Source: Eubacteriales bacterium
GTDB taxonomy: Bacteria; Bacillota; Clostridia; Oscillospirales; CAG-272
NCBI GenBank assembly: GCA_045649045.1
Contig: JAZRPF010000043.1
Span: 459-64,458 of the forward strand
Reading direction: 5' to 3'
DNA length: 64,000 nt
The notes beneath the pieces were generated by a model that saw only the letters and a list, made by a program, of their open reading frames with translations, searched no databases and was not told where the DNA came from. Below are positions 16,189 through 24,182 of this stretch, in pieces; the first letter of the stretch is position 1; each line of letters starts with the position of its first letter. A program made the position numbers and the translations under genes.

Positions 16189-17541
16189 TCAGACAACACC
16201 GTAAGCCATCATAGCCTTTGCGACCTTGAGGAAGCCCGCGATATTCGCGCCTGCAACCAAATCGCCTTCCATGCCGTATTCCTTTGCGGCATCGACAGAG
16301 CTTTGATAGATGTTCTTCATGATGTCATGAAGCTTGGCGTCAACCTCTTCAGCGCTCCAGCTGTACCGCATGGAGTTCTGGGACATTTCAAGACCGGAAA
16401 CAGCAACGCCACCTGCGTTGACCGCCTTTGAGGGTGCAACAACGACGCCGTTTGCCTTCAAATATGCAACCGCCTCATTAGTGGTCGGCATATTGGAAAC
16501 CTCAACATAATACTTGATGCCGTTCGCAACGATTTTCTTTGCATCATCAAGGTTGACTTCGTTTTGGGTAGCGCAAGGCATAATGACATCTACCTTTTCG
16601 CCCCAAGGCTTCTGACCTGCGAAGAAAGGAACACCGAATTTGTCAGCATAGTCCTCAACTCTGTTGCGGCAGGAAGCGCGCATTTCAACAAGGAAATCAA
16701 CCTTTTCTTTGGTGGATATACCGTCTTTATCGTAGATATAGCCGTCAGGACCGGAAATAGTCACAACCTTACCGCCAAGCTCGTTCACCTTCTGAACGGT
16801 ACCCCAAGCAACATTACCGAAGCCCGAAACTGCGAAGGTCTTGCCCTTAATGCTTTCGCCAAAGGACTTGAGCATTTCAACCGTATAATAAACAGCACCG
16901 AAGCCTGTTGCCTCGGGACGAATAAGAGAACCGCCGTAGGGCAGTCCCTTACCTGTCAAAACGCCTGTGAACTCATTGCGCAGTCTCTTGTACTGACCGA
17001 AGAGATAACCGATTTCGCGTGCGCCAACACCGATATCACCTGCGGGAACATCAGTATCAGGACCGATGTGCTTGGCAAGCTCGGTCATAAAGCTCTGGCA
17101 GAAGCGCATCACTTCTCCATCGCTCTTGCCCTTCGGGTCAAAGTCAGAACCACCCTTACCGCCGCCCATAGGCAAGCCGGTCAAGGAGTTTTTGAAGGTC
17201 TGCTCAAAGCCAAGGAACTTGATAATGCTTTCGTTGACAGAGGGATGGAAGCGCAAACCGCCCTTGTAAGGACCGATAGCGCTGTTGAACTGAACACGGA
17301 AGCCGCGATTCACACGGACAACACCGTTATCATCTACCCACGGAACGCGGAACTTAATGATGCGCTCGGGCTCGACAATGCTTTCCATAACTCCCTTTTC
17401 AATAAATTCGGGATGACGGTCAATGACCGGCTCAAGAGATTCCAAAACCTCTTGCACTGTCTGGTGAAATTCAGGCTCACCGGGATTGCGGCGAATGACG
17501 GTATCCATCAATTCCTGCAATTTGGGATTTTTGAAGCTCAT
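16189..17541 (-). CDS. gdhA: NADP-specific glutamate dehydrogenase
   Basis: MSFKNPKLQELMDTVIRRNPGEPEFHQTVQEV...GLPMGGGKGGSDFDPKG... is classic Glu/Leu/Phe/Val dehydrogenase sequence. GGAGGA RBS 7 nt before the ATG at 17541; the track start 17625 is spurious. Confidence 0.95.
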   Translation of the reverse strand: MSFKNPKLQELMDTVIRRNPGEPEFHQTVQEVLESLEPVIDRHPEFIEKGVMESIVEPERIIKFRVPWVDDNGVVRVNRGFRVQFNSAIGPYKGGLRFHPSVNESIIKFLGFEQTFKNSLTGLPMGGGKGGSDFDPKGKSDGEVMRFCQSFMTELAKHIGPDTDVPAGDIGVGAREIGYLFGQYKRLRNEFTGVLTGKGLPYGGSLIRPEATGFGAVYYTVEMLKSFGESIKGKTFAVSGFGNVAWGTVQKVNELGGKVVTISGPDGYIYDKDGISTKEKVDFLVEMRASCRNRVEDYADKFGVPFFAGQKPWGEKVDVIMPCATQNEVNLDDAKKIVANGIKYYVEVSNMPTTNEAVAYLKANGVVVAPSKAVNAGGVAVSGLEMSQNSMRYSWSAEEVDAKLHDIMKNIYQSSVDAAKEYGMEGDLVAGANIAGFLKVAKAMMAYGVV

Positions 17542-17716
17542 GCTGTTTTCCTCCATATGTAATGAAATTTTGATTATCAAATCATTCTTATTGAGCACCT
17601 TTGCATTTCCACGGCAAATCATCAAAACCTCACTGTTATCAAAGGTTTTTCAATTTTCGGAAGGAGAGAAAAACGCTCAATTTTTGAAATTTTACTCTTT
17701 GTAAACTTCATTTTTT

Positions 17717-17745
17717 ATTGTAGCACATTCTTTTTTTGTTGTCAA
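17717..17745 (-). promoter_or_regulatory. gdhA promoter (TTGACA-17-TACAAT)
   Basis: Minus strand reads ctaTTGACAacaaaaaaagaatgtgcTACAATaaa. Implies a 5' UTR of about 170 nt. Confidence 0.6.
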
Positions 17746-17859
17746 TAGAAATTTCAAGAAGTTTGAAGACTTTTTTGTTTTTTGAAGATAAAAGGGCTTC
17801 GGCTTCCTGTTTTTTTTCATTAAAAGTTTGCAAAATCCGAAAACTTCGTCTTTTTTCTC

Positions 17860-17888
17860 TTGACAAACAAGTTTTTTTGTGTTATAAT
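17860..17888 (+). promoter_or_regulatory. Consensus promoter of tRNA-Gln (TTGACA-17-TATAAT, TGt extended -10)
   Basis: cTTGACAaacaagtttttttgtgtTATAATag, about 25 nt upstream of the tRNA. Confidence 0.8.
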
Positions 17889-17913
17889 AGCCGTCAGTGA
17901 TTCATTCAATTAT

Positions 17914-17991
17914 TGGGATATAGCCAAGTTGGTTAAGGCACAAGACTTTGACTCTTGCATTTCGCTGGTTCGAGTCCAGCTATCCCAGCCA
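17914..17991 (+). tRNA. tRNA-Gln (anticodon UUG), CCA encoded
   Basis: TGGGATATAGCCAAGTTGGTTAAGGCACAAGACTTTGACTCTTGCATTTCGCTGGTTCGAGTCCAGCTATCCCAGCCA. It has the U1-A72 pair typical of tRNA-Gln. The D-loop is somewhat long and the variable region is 6 nt by my fold (78 nt total). Confidence 0.9.
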
Positions 17992-17992
17992 G

Positions 17993-18022
17993 AAAAAAGC
18001 AAGTCGCAGGACTTGCTTTTTT
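17993..18022. terminator. Terminator after tRNA-Gln
   Basis: AAAAAA-GCAAGTC-gcag-GACTTGC-TTTTTT. Confidence 0.85.
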
Positions 18023-18023
18023 C

Positions 18024-18250
18024 TATCCAATCCGAAGGATTGGTATGTCATCAACGGGCAAATCCCGTTGTATGTAATCTGCGCCCCGCGCAGTATGGCA
18101 TCATGCGATAGCGTGTATCTCCCCGGATTCCTTCGGATTGATGCCATACATCACTTCGTGATGATTCCGTACGCGCCTCCGTCGCAATTTCATACCGCAA
18201 CGAGTTGCGGATGATATACACGCCTTCGGCGTGATATGGAATTTTTTTTG
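18024..18250. other. Hairpin-dense non-coding block (candidate structured RNA or element scar), strand unknown
   Basis: Seven stems in about 225 nt. Six are local hairpins: 18027-18043, 18053-18069, 18079-18093, 18149-18163, 18195-18210 and 18219-18233. The seventh is a 10-bp long-range pair, TATGGCATCA (18094-18103) with TGATGCCATA (18139-18148). The block ends in T8 (18243-18250). No convincing ORF. Confidence 0.35.
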
Positions 18251-18308
18251 CTTCTTTTGCGCTTTTGGAAAAAACACACAAAAATCTACATAAAATATAT
18301 ATGCACTC

Positions 18309-18336
18309 TTGACAAATCAAAAAACAGTGGTATAAT
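18309..18336 (+). promoter_or_regulatory. Promoter of the signal-peptidase/fibre-like operon (TTGACA-16-TATAAT, TGg extended -10)
   Basis: cTTGACAaatcaaaaaacagtggTATAATataac, about 95 nt upstream of the 18434 start. Confidence 0.75.
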
Positions 18337-18433
18337 ATAACTTGGTAAAAACATCTTTAAGTATACATAAGCCATCAAGGCTTTTGATATAAGTTCTCAT
18401 TAATTAAAATTTTTATAAAGGAGTGAACTCAAA

Positions 18434-19051
18434 ATGAAAACAATGAGAAATCGCAAAACAATTATCACCGCATTTTTACTCTTGGCATGCATGCTCATCG
18501 GTGTTGGTTACGCTGCAGTTACCAATGTTCTGGACATTCAGGGTAGTGCTGATGTGTCGCAGCAGCAGGCAGAAGACGAATTCAACGAAGATATCTACTT
18601 CACCGGTGCGAAGGCTCCCGACGGTGCAATCGTCACAAGCTTTTTGGTGTATGATGAGCAGGGACAGTATGACACCACCAAACAGGATGGCAAGACATAC
18701 CTTTATTCCGCAAACATCAACTCCAATAACAACGACAAAGCCCAGTTCACTATCAAGAATCTGGAAAACAAAGACGACCTCCAGACAATCACTTATCAAA
18801 TCAAAAATGACAGTGAGCACAACGCTGAGGTTTCACTCAAGACCATCACCAATACCAATGGTTCTACACAGGGCAACGCAGTGGCCGGTGATTTTGACTT
18901 TGATTTCTACTTTGGAACCGCAGGCACTAAGACTGCTACCGTTGCAGCCGGAGGAACAACCGAGGTTACTGTCGTAGTGAAGCTTCGCAATCAGGTTACC
19001 ACAGCTGTTTCCGCATCCTTTATTCTTGAGCTCAACGCAACTGCTGAATAA
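18434..19051 (+). CDS. Exported protein with SipW-type (TasA/camelysin-like class) N-terminal signal; small putative fibre/matrix subunit
   Basis: MKTMRNRKTIITAFLLLACMLIGVGYAAVTNVLDIQGSADV... followed by a Thr/Asn/Gly-rich, beta-strand-looking sequence (205 aa). AAAGGAG RBS. Confidence 0.65.
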   Translation: MKTMRNRKTIITAFLLLACMLIGVGYAAVTNVLDIQGSADVSQQQAEDEFNEDIYFTGAKAPDGAIVTSFLVYDEQGQYDTTKQDGKTYLYSANINSNNNDKAQFTIKNLENKDDLQTITYQIKNDSEHNAEVSLKTITNTNGSTQGNAVAGDFDFDFYFGTAGTKTATVAAGGTTEVTVVVKLRNQVTTAVSASFILELNATAE

Positions 19052-19096
19052 TTCGTAACCGTTCTGCAACATTAATCTCAACAAACGGAGGGCAGT

Positions 19097-20209
19097 ATGT
19101 TTAATGACAGAAAAAAGCTATATATACTGACATCATTATTGCTTGCCGCCCTCCTTGTTGCACTCTTTTTACCTGGAAATTACAGCGGAAGAATCGCAAC
19201 AGCGATTCTTCTGCTACCCCTTGTAGCGTGTATTTGGTTCTACATAAAGAAACGCAATATTCTTTCAATGAACAAGAAAGAAGTAACGATACTGATGGCT
19301 GCCATCGGGCTCGTTTATGTTGCAATTTATTACCTTGCGGGACTGAAATTCGGATTTTACAGAAATATTGATTTCCTGAATTTCAACCACATTATCCCTC
19401 TGTTTGTGATTATTGCCACGACAGAAGTCATCAGATGGGTAGTGAAAGCCCAGGAAGACAAAAAAGCAGATATTATTTGCTATGTTGCGTGCGTGGTTGC
19501 CGATGCACTTTGCTACGGTAACATTTATTACATAACATCATTTAACCGTTTTATTGATTTTTTGGCACTGACTATTTTCCCCGCTGTAATCGCCAATCTC
19601 GTTTACAGCTATATTTCAAAAAGATACGGCATCTATCCAAACCTGATATACAGATGTATAACAACCTTGTATGCATATCTTATCCCCATACTTCCGGGTG
19701 TTCCCGATTCATTATTTGCTTTCGCAAATCTTTTTGTTCCAATTGCAATTTATCTCTTTGTCGACGCGCTCTATGAAAAAAAGAGGCGTTACGCTCTTGC
19801 AAAAAAAAGAAGACTTGCTCCCGTTATCACGGCAATAGCCGTCATGATATTAGCGGGATTCGTTATGCTGATTTCCAATCAGTTTAAGTACGGCGCGCTC
19901 GTAATCGCCACCGAAAGCATGACCGGTGAAATCAACAAAGGCGATACCGTCATATTTGAGGCATATGACAGCCAGACCATTGAAAAAGGTCAGGTAATTG
20001 TTTTTGAAAAAAATGACTCTATGATTGTTCACAGAGTTGTAGATATAGAAAGAATCAACGGACAAAACCGATACATCACCAAAGGCGACGCCAATGAGGA
20101 CAACGACGCCGGACATGTCACAAAAGGACAGATTCGCGGACTCGTGAATTTCAAGGTTCCCTTCCTCGGTTATCCTACTCTTTGGTTACGCAGTCTTTTT
20201 GACAGATAA
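19097..20209 (+). CDS. SipW/archaeal-type signal peptidase I (S26) fused to a ~235-aa N-terminal polytopic membrane domain
   Basis: C-terminal 130 aa: ...ATESMTGEINKGDTVIF...SMIVHRVVDIE...YITKGDANEDNDAG.... These match the SM(E/T)P-like Ser box, the HRV His box and the KGDxN box of ER/archaeal-type signal peptidases. Residues 1-235 contain 6-7 hydrophobic helices of unknown function. Confidence 0.8.
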   Translation: MFNDRKKLYILTSLLLAALLVALFLPGNYSGRIATAILLLPLVACIWFYIKKRNILSMNKKEVTILMAAIGLVYVAIYYLAGLKFGFYRNIDFLNFNHIIPLFVIIATTEVIRWVVKAQEDKKADIICYVACVVADALCYGNIYYITSFNRFIDFLALTIFPAVIANLVYSYISKRYGIYPNLIYRCITTLYAYLIPILPGVPDSLFAFANLFVPIAIYLFVDALYEKKRRYALAKKRRLAPVITAIAVMILAGFVMLISNQFKYGALVIATESMTGEINKGDTVIFEAYDSQTIEKGQVIVFEKNDSMIVHRVVDIERINGQNRYITKGDANEDNDAGHVTKGQIRGLVNFKVPFLGYPTLWLRSLFDR

Positions 20210-20247
20210 TGTCCGTTTGTCAATAAACAGTGGGAAAGGAGAAAACA

Positions 20248-21780
20248 ATGTCTGAAGCTGAAAGAAAAAGGCGACAGGATTATAAACGGAACAGACACAA
20301 ATGGATTATTATCCAATCCATTGCAATTGCCCTTATCGCCACCGTTGCAATAGGCGCTTTCTTCATATATAACAATATGAATCGCACCTACTACATACAC
20401 TATACTGAACAAGGAAACGCAGACTACAAGGTTCATTACAAGGAAAACAATTTCTTTGACGAAGAATGGATTGGTCCCGGTCAGGCGTATATCGTTTCAC
20501 TGATTGACAATATTCAGGCAGATTTCAAATACGATCTCTCGATGGATACAGACCGCGTTGGCTTTGATTACAGCTATTCCATAAAAGCCAAGATACTCAT
20601 ACTTGACAAAAGATCCGGTGCTCCGCTTATCTCGCCGGAATATGAAATCATCCCAGAACGCTTCTCTACAATTCAAGGAGACAGCATCAAAATCCGCGAG
20701 CAGATCAATATTGATTATGTTGAATACAACAAATTTGCCAAAACATTTGTAGATAAATACGCGGAAGGTGCCAGCTGTTCACTTTCTGTGACACTCAATG
20801 TCAATGTGCTTGGACAGTGCGACGAATTTGAGACCAATAGCCAAAACTCATACTTCGTATCTCTGAAAATCCCACTGAACATCGAAACGATTGATGCAAC
20901 AATCACATCCAGCATCTCCGAAGCAGAAAACAAGGTTCTGGCTTGCTCGGGCGCGGTCAATCAGGATGTTTTTCTGTCCGTCGGCATTGTTGCAGCAATT
21001 GTGTCACTGGCTTTGGGCATTGTTTTCATAGCATTCGTATATCTGACGAGAAACGAGGACATTAACTACGCAAGAAAAGTAAAAAAGACAGTATCGGCTT
21101 ACCGTTCCTTTATTCAGCAAATAGAAGGAGAGTTTGATACCACGGGATATCAGACGGTATATATCAAGAGCTTTGTTGAGCTTCTCGGTATCCGCGATAC
21201 TATTCAGTCCCCTGTTCTTATGAGCGAAAACCCTGACCAGACCTGTACAAGCTTCCTCATTCCTACCGCTACCAAGCTTCTCTATATATTTGAGATAAAG
21301 GTAGATAATTACGATGCGATTTATTCGAAGAAGCCTATCATCCTCGACACGAACGCGGATATAGAGGCAGTCGCTGAAGCAATAGCTACGCCCGATGTCG
21401 TGCTTTCGGAAATCGAATTTGTCCCTGACGATGACGATGATTTTGCAGTTGCAGACGACGAGCCGGGTGTTGAGGTTGTTGGCGTTGTCTGGCCCGAAAG
21501 ACCTCACAAAAACAAAGTTTACCGCTACGACCCGAACGGTGAAACACTGAATGAGGGAGATGTGGTTCTTGTTCCCACTCGCGACGCCGAAAAAGGCAGA
21601 GAGGTTATCCGTAAGGCTGCAGTGGCTCACGAAAACCACCGTGTTGCTCCGGAACACATCAAGCACCCCTTGAAGAAAATCATCGGAATCGTTAAGCGCA
21701 GAGTCGAAAACGCCCTTGCGCCCGATACCGAATCTCAAACGGATAAAAAGAATTCGAGAGAGCAAGATAAAACAGAATAA
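20248..21780 (+). CDS. Bitopic membrane protein (extracytoplasmic domain between two TMs; cytoplasmic C-terminal domain), DUF5305-like by recollection
   Basis: Start at ATG 20248 (AAAGGAG RBS). TM1 is WIIIQSIAIALIATVAIGAFFIY and TM2 is VFLSVGIVAAIVSLALGIVFIAFVYL. An acidic linker is followed by VVGVVWPERPHKNKVYRYDPNGETLNEGDVVLVPT.... Proteins of this architecture sit next to SipW-type peptidases in Firmicutes, as far as I remember. Confidence 0.6.
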   Translation: MSEAERKRRQDYKRNRHKWIIIQSIAIALIATVAIGAFFIYNNMNRTYYIHYTEQGNADYKVHYKENNFFDEEWIGPGQAYIVSLIDNIQADFKYDLSMDTDRVGFDYSYSIKAKILILDKRSGAPLISPEYEIIPERFSTIQGDSIKIREQINIDYVEYNKFAKTFVDKYAEGASCSLSVTLNVNVLGQCDEFETNSQNSYFVSLKIPLNIETIDATITSSISEAENKVLACSGAVNQDVFLSVGIVAAIVSLALGIVFIAFVYLTRNEDINYARKVKKTVSAYRSFIQQIEGEFDTTGYQTVYIKSFVELLGIRDTIQSPVLMSENPDQTCTSFLIPTATKLLYIFEIKVDNYDAIYSKKPIILDTNADIEAVAEAIATPDVVLSEIEFVPDDDDDFAVADDEPGVEVVGVVWPERPHKNKVYRYDPNGETLNEGDVVLVPTRDAEKGREVIRKAAVAHENHRVAPEHIKHPLKKIIGIVKRRVENALAPDTESQTDKKNSREQDKTE

Positions 21781-21801
21781 AACAGGTAAAGGAGAGCAGA
21801 A

Positions 21802-23235
21802 ATGGACGTCAAGCCTTGGGTAAAGGTAACGGTGGGCATTATGCTCTCTTTTATGATTTTATTTGTTGGCATTGGATATGCAGCAATCAGTAATACTGTC
21901 AGTGTCATAGGCACCGCCGATGTGGAAATTCCTTCCGGACTTTTTATAACCGACATCACAATCAAATCATCGGGCAACCTCGACTACCAAACGGTTTCAT
22001 ATCTTGATTACACCACAACGGTTAACGCAAAAATAAGTAAGCAAAACAGGAACTCAACAGGAAATGTCGTTTATGAAATAACCGTCCTCAACAATACCGC
22101 ATATGAATACGCTTACCGCGGACTGTATTATACAACAAGCTACGGAAACAACTCATATGTAGCCACATCAAACTCATCAAACAAGCTGGGTGTTGTTGTA
22201 AGTTTCCCGAACGGAAGAATCGTTAAACCCGGTGAGCGCCTTACATTCACCGCTACATATACGATAGGCAGAAGTGTGAGCAACAGCCTGAATCTTGATA
22301 CATTACTGAACTATCAGTTCGGTATAAATGTTGACTCAATTGACAAGGCGGCAGATATAGTTCATGACAAATTCCTGAATATTCTCAACACGACATCCAC
22401 ATACCAACAGCTTGTTGATGCCCTTGACGATAAATTCGACGGCAATCAGGAATGGACATCCAACTACATCGGCAATGTCGGTAATGCCGTTGACAACGAT
22501 ATGATGACTGTAGAGACACTGTTTGCAGGTCAGCTCACCATGATGGTCAACGGGCAGGCACAAAAAGCGTGGGTAATTATTAAACACGAGAATCTGGACG
22601 AAAACATCAAAACAGGCGACGATTACACCTTGAACTATAATCAGTACGGAGAGGTAACTCACCAGGGCTGTGAGATGACACTTTACATGACCACAGATTC
22701 TCTCAGTCAAGCTAATGGTTGGGCTCCCGTATACGCCACCGTATTCACCTGCGACAGAGATGATGACGGCAATATCATCAGTAAGTGGTACAAGGTCGGC
22801 GACACTTATTCAGGTCAGGCTAACATTGTTGGATATAGGGGAGAATCCGGCGGAACTGGCTCGTTCGTCACAGATAACTGGAAGTCATACAGCTCAACTT
22901 ATTCGGTTACAGATCGTTATTCTTACAGTATCAGTGCGGATATGTCGATCAAAACTCTTATGCAGGTTGTCGATAACTCAACCATCAACGCATTCCAACA
23001 GCTTCTCGTCAAAGCTGAGCAAATGATTGCAAACGACAAATATGCCGGAACAGGTATTACCGTAGTGGAAGAAGCATACGCAAAAGCGGCATCATTCTAT
23101 ACATTGGACGCAAACCGAAAAGCCGTTGCCAATGCCGACACCCGAAGGGTATGGCTGATTCCCATTATGAACGAGCTTGACCATGTTCTGACAGTTGCTC
23201 AAGATGCCATTGATAGAATTGAGCAAGGTCCTTAA
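21802..23235 (+). CDS. Large exported protein with the same SipW-type signal motif; putative major fibre/matrix subunit or adhesin
   Basis: MDVKPWVKVTVGIMLSFMILFVGIGYAAISNTVSVIGTADV.... The GYAA motif occupies residues 25-28, exactly as in 18434..19051. 477 aa, rich in N/T/S/Y. AAAGGAG RBS. Confidence 0.65.
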   Translation: MDVKPWVKVTVGIMLSFMILFVGIGYAAISNTVSVIGTADVEIPSGLFITDITIKSSGNLDYQTVSYLDYTTTVNAKISKQNRNSTGNVVYEITVLNNTAYEYAYRGLYYTTSYGNNSYVATSNSSNKLGVVVSFPNGRIVKPGERLTFTATYTIGRSVSNSLNLDTLLNYQFGINVDSIDKAADIVHDKFLNILNTTSTYQQLVDALDDKFDGNQEWTSNYIGNVGNAVDNDMMTVETLFAGQLTMMVNGQAQKAWVIIKHENLDENIKTGDDYTLNYNQYGEVTHQGCEMTLYMTTDSLSQANGWAPVYATVFTCDRDDDGNIISKWYKVGDTYSGQANIVGYRGESGGTGSFVTDNWKSYSSTYSVTDRYSYSISADMSIKTLMQVVDNSTINAFQQLLVKAEQMIANDKYAGTGITVVEEAYAKAASFYTLDANRKAVANADTRRVWLIPIMNELDHVLTVAQDAIDRIEQGP

Positions 23236-23268
23236 AGCAGTCTTTCATCTGCATATAAAGCAAACAGC

Positions 23269-23302
23269 AAAAACAGCACTTGCTTCAGCAAGTGCTGTTT
23301 TT
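23269..23302 (+). terminator. Operon terminator
   Basis: ACAGCACTTGC-ttca-GCAAGTGCTGT followed by TTTT. Confidence 0.8.
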
Positions 23303-23423
23303 AACCAAATTTACCTGCCGGGAATGCTTGGCTTTGTTTTGCAAAACACCCTTAAATTCTATTGACTTTCCGCCCTTTTTGTGCTATCATAAATTGAAAT
23401 GTTTGGTAAAGGAGTCAAAGACT

Positions 23424-24176
23424 ATGAAGCTGAAGGTTGCCACCTATAATATTTGGTCCGGCAGAAATAATATTGTCGAACAAACAAGAAACTATGACTG
23501 GACCGCAGATGTCATCGCAGAAATTGCCCCCGACATCATCGGTTTACAGGAGGTTAGTAAGCAACCCTGCCTTTCTTTTCCCGCTTATGATATAGAGGAA
23601 GAGGTTCCCGATTACCTCGGCAAAAAACTGGGGATGTACGCCTATTTTGCGCCCACAAGAACCAATGGCAAATACCTTTTTGGAAACGCTCTTCTCTCCA
23701 AGTACCCGATTAAAAGTGCAAAAACCGTCATGATTCCCGATGCCCTGCCCGAGATTGAAAGGCGTTGCGTACTCGTTGCCGAAATTGATGTTTGCGGCGG
23801 TATCACCGTTCTTGTCACGCATTTTGGACTTGCCCCCGAGGAGCACATCCAGGCAGTCAAAACCGTGCTTGAGCTTGTCGAAGAGGCAAAAACACCCGTC
23901 ATTTTTATGGGCGACCTCAACATCATGCCCGACAATGAAATTCTGAAGCCTATCTTTGATAACCTCACGGATACAGCCGGTGGCTCTTTGCAGCCTTATA
24001 CCTGGCCCTCCGCCTTCACGAAATATACAGGTATATCCGAGGAAAAATACGGCATGAATAAGCAGCGCAAGGTCGATTACATCTTCACAACCGAGCAATT
24101 CAAAACCTTGCGCAGCGACATTCACCCCTCGCTTGCATCTGACCATGTTCCCTTTTTCGCAGAATTAGAGTTTTAA
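23424..24176 (+). CDS. Endonuclease/exonuclease/phosphatase (EEP) family protein
   Basis: MKLKVATYNIWSGRN...IGLQEV...GDLNIMPDN...SDHVPFFAELEF. AAAGGAG RBS before ATG 23424. Confidence 0.8.
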   Translation: MKLKVATYNIWSGRNNIVEQTRNYDWTADVIAEIAPDIIGLQEVSKQPCLSFPAYDIEEEVPDYLGKKLGMYAYFAPTRTNGKYLFGNALLSKYPIKSAKTVMIPDALPEIERRCVLVAEIDVCGGITVLVTHFGLAPEEHIQAVKTVLELVEEAKTPVIFMGDLNIMPDNEILKPIFDNLTDTAGGSLQPYTWPSAFTKYTGISEEKYGMNKQRKVDYIFTTEQFKTLRSDIHPSLASDHVPFFAELEF

Positions 24177-24182
24177 GGAGAA

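Noticed and set aside
17560-17710. CodY-like (AAATTTCAAAAATTG) and TTTGAT-A-ATCAAA palindromes in the gdhA 5' UTR
   Set aside because: The CodY-like site matches the consensus at 11/15 positions, and the palindrome is short. The evidence is too weak to call without a position-weight-matrix scan.
23236-23423. Search for a direct repeat of the tRNA-Gln 3' end marking the right boundary (att site) of the AT-rich operon
   Set aside because: No copy of GGTTCGAGTCCAGCTATCCCAGCCA or a sizeable part of it was seen. The island status rests only on composition and tRNA adjacency.
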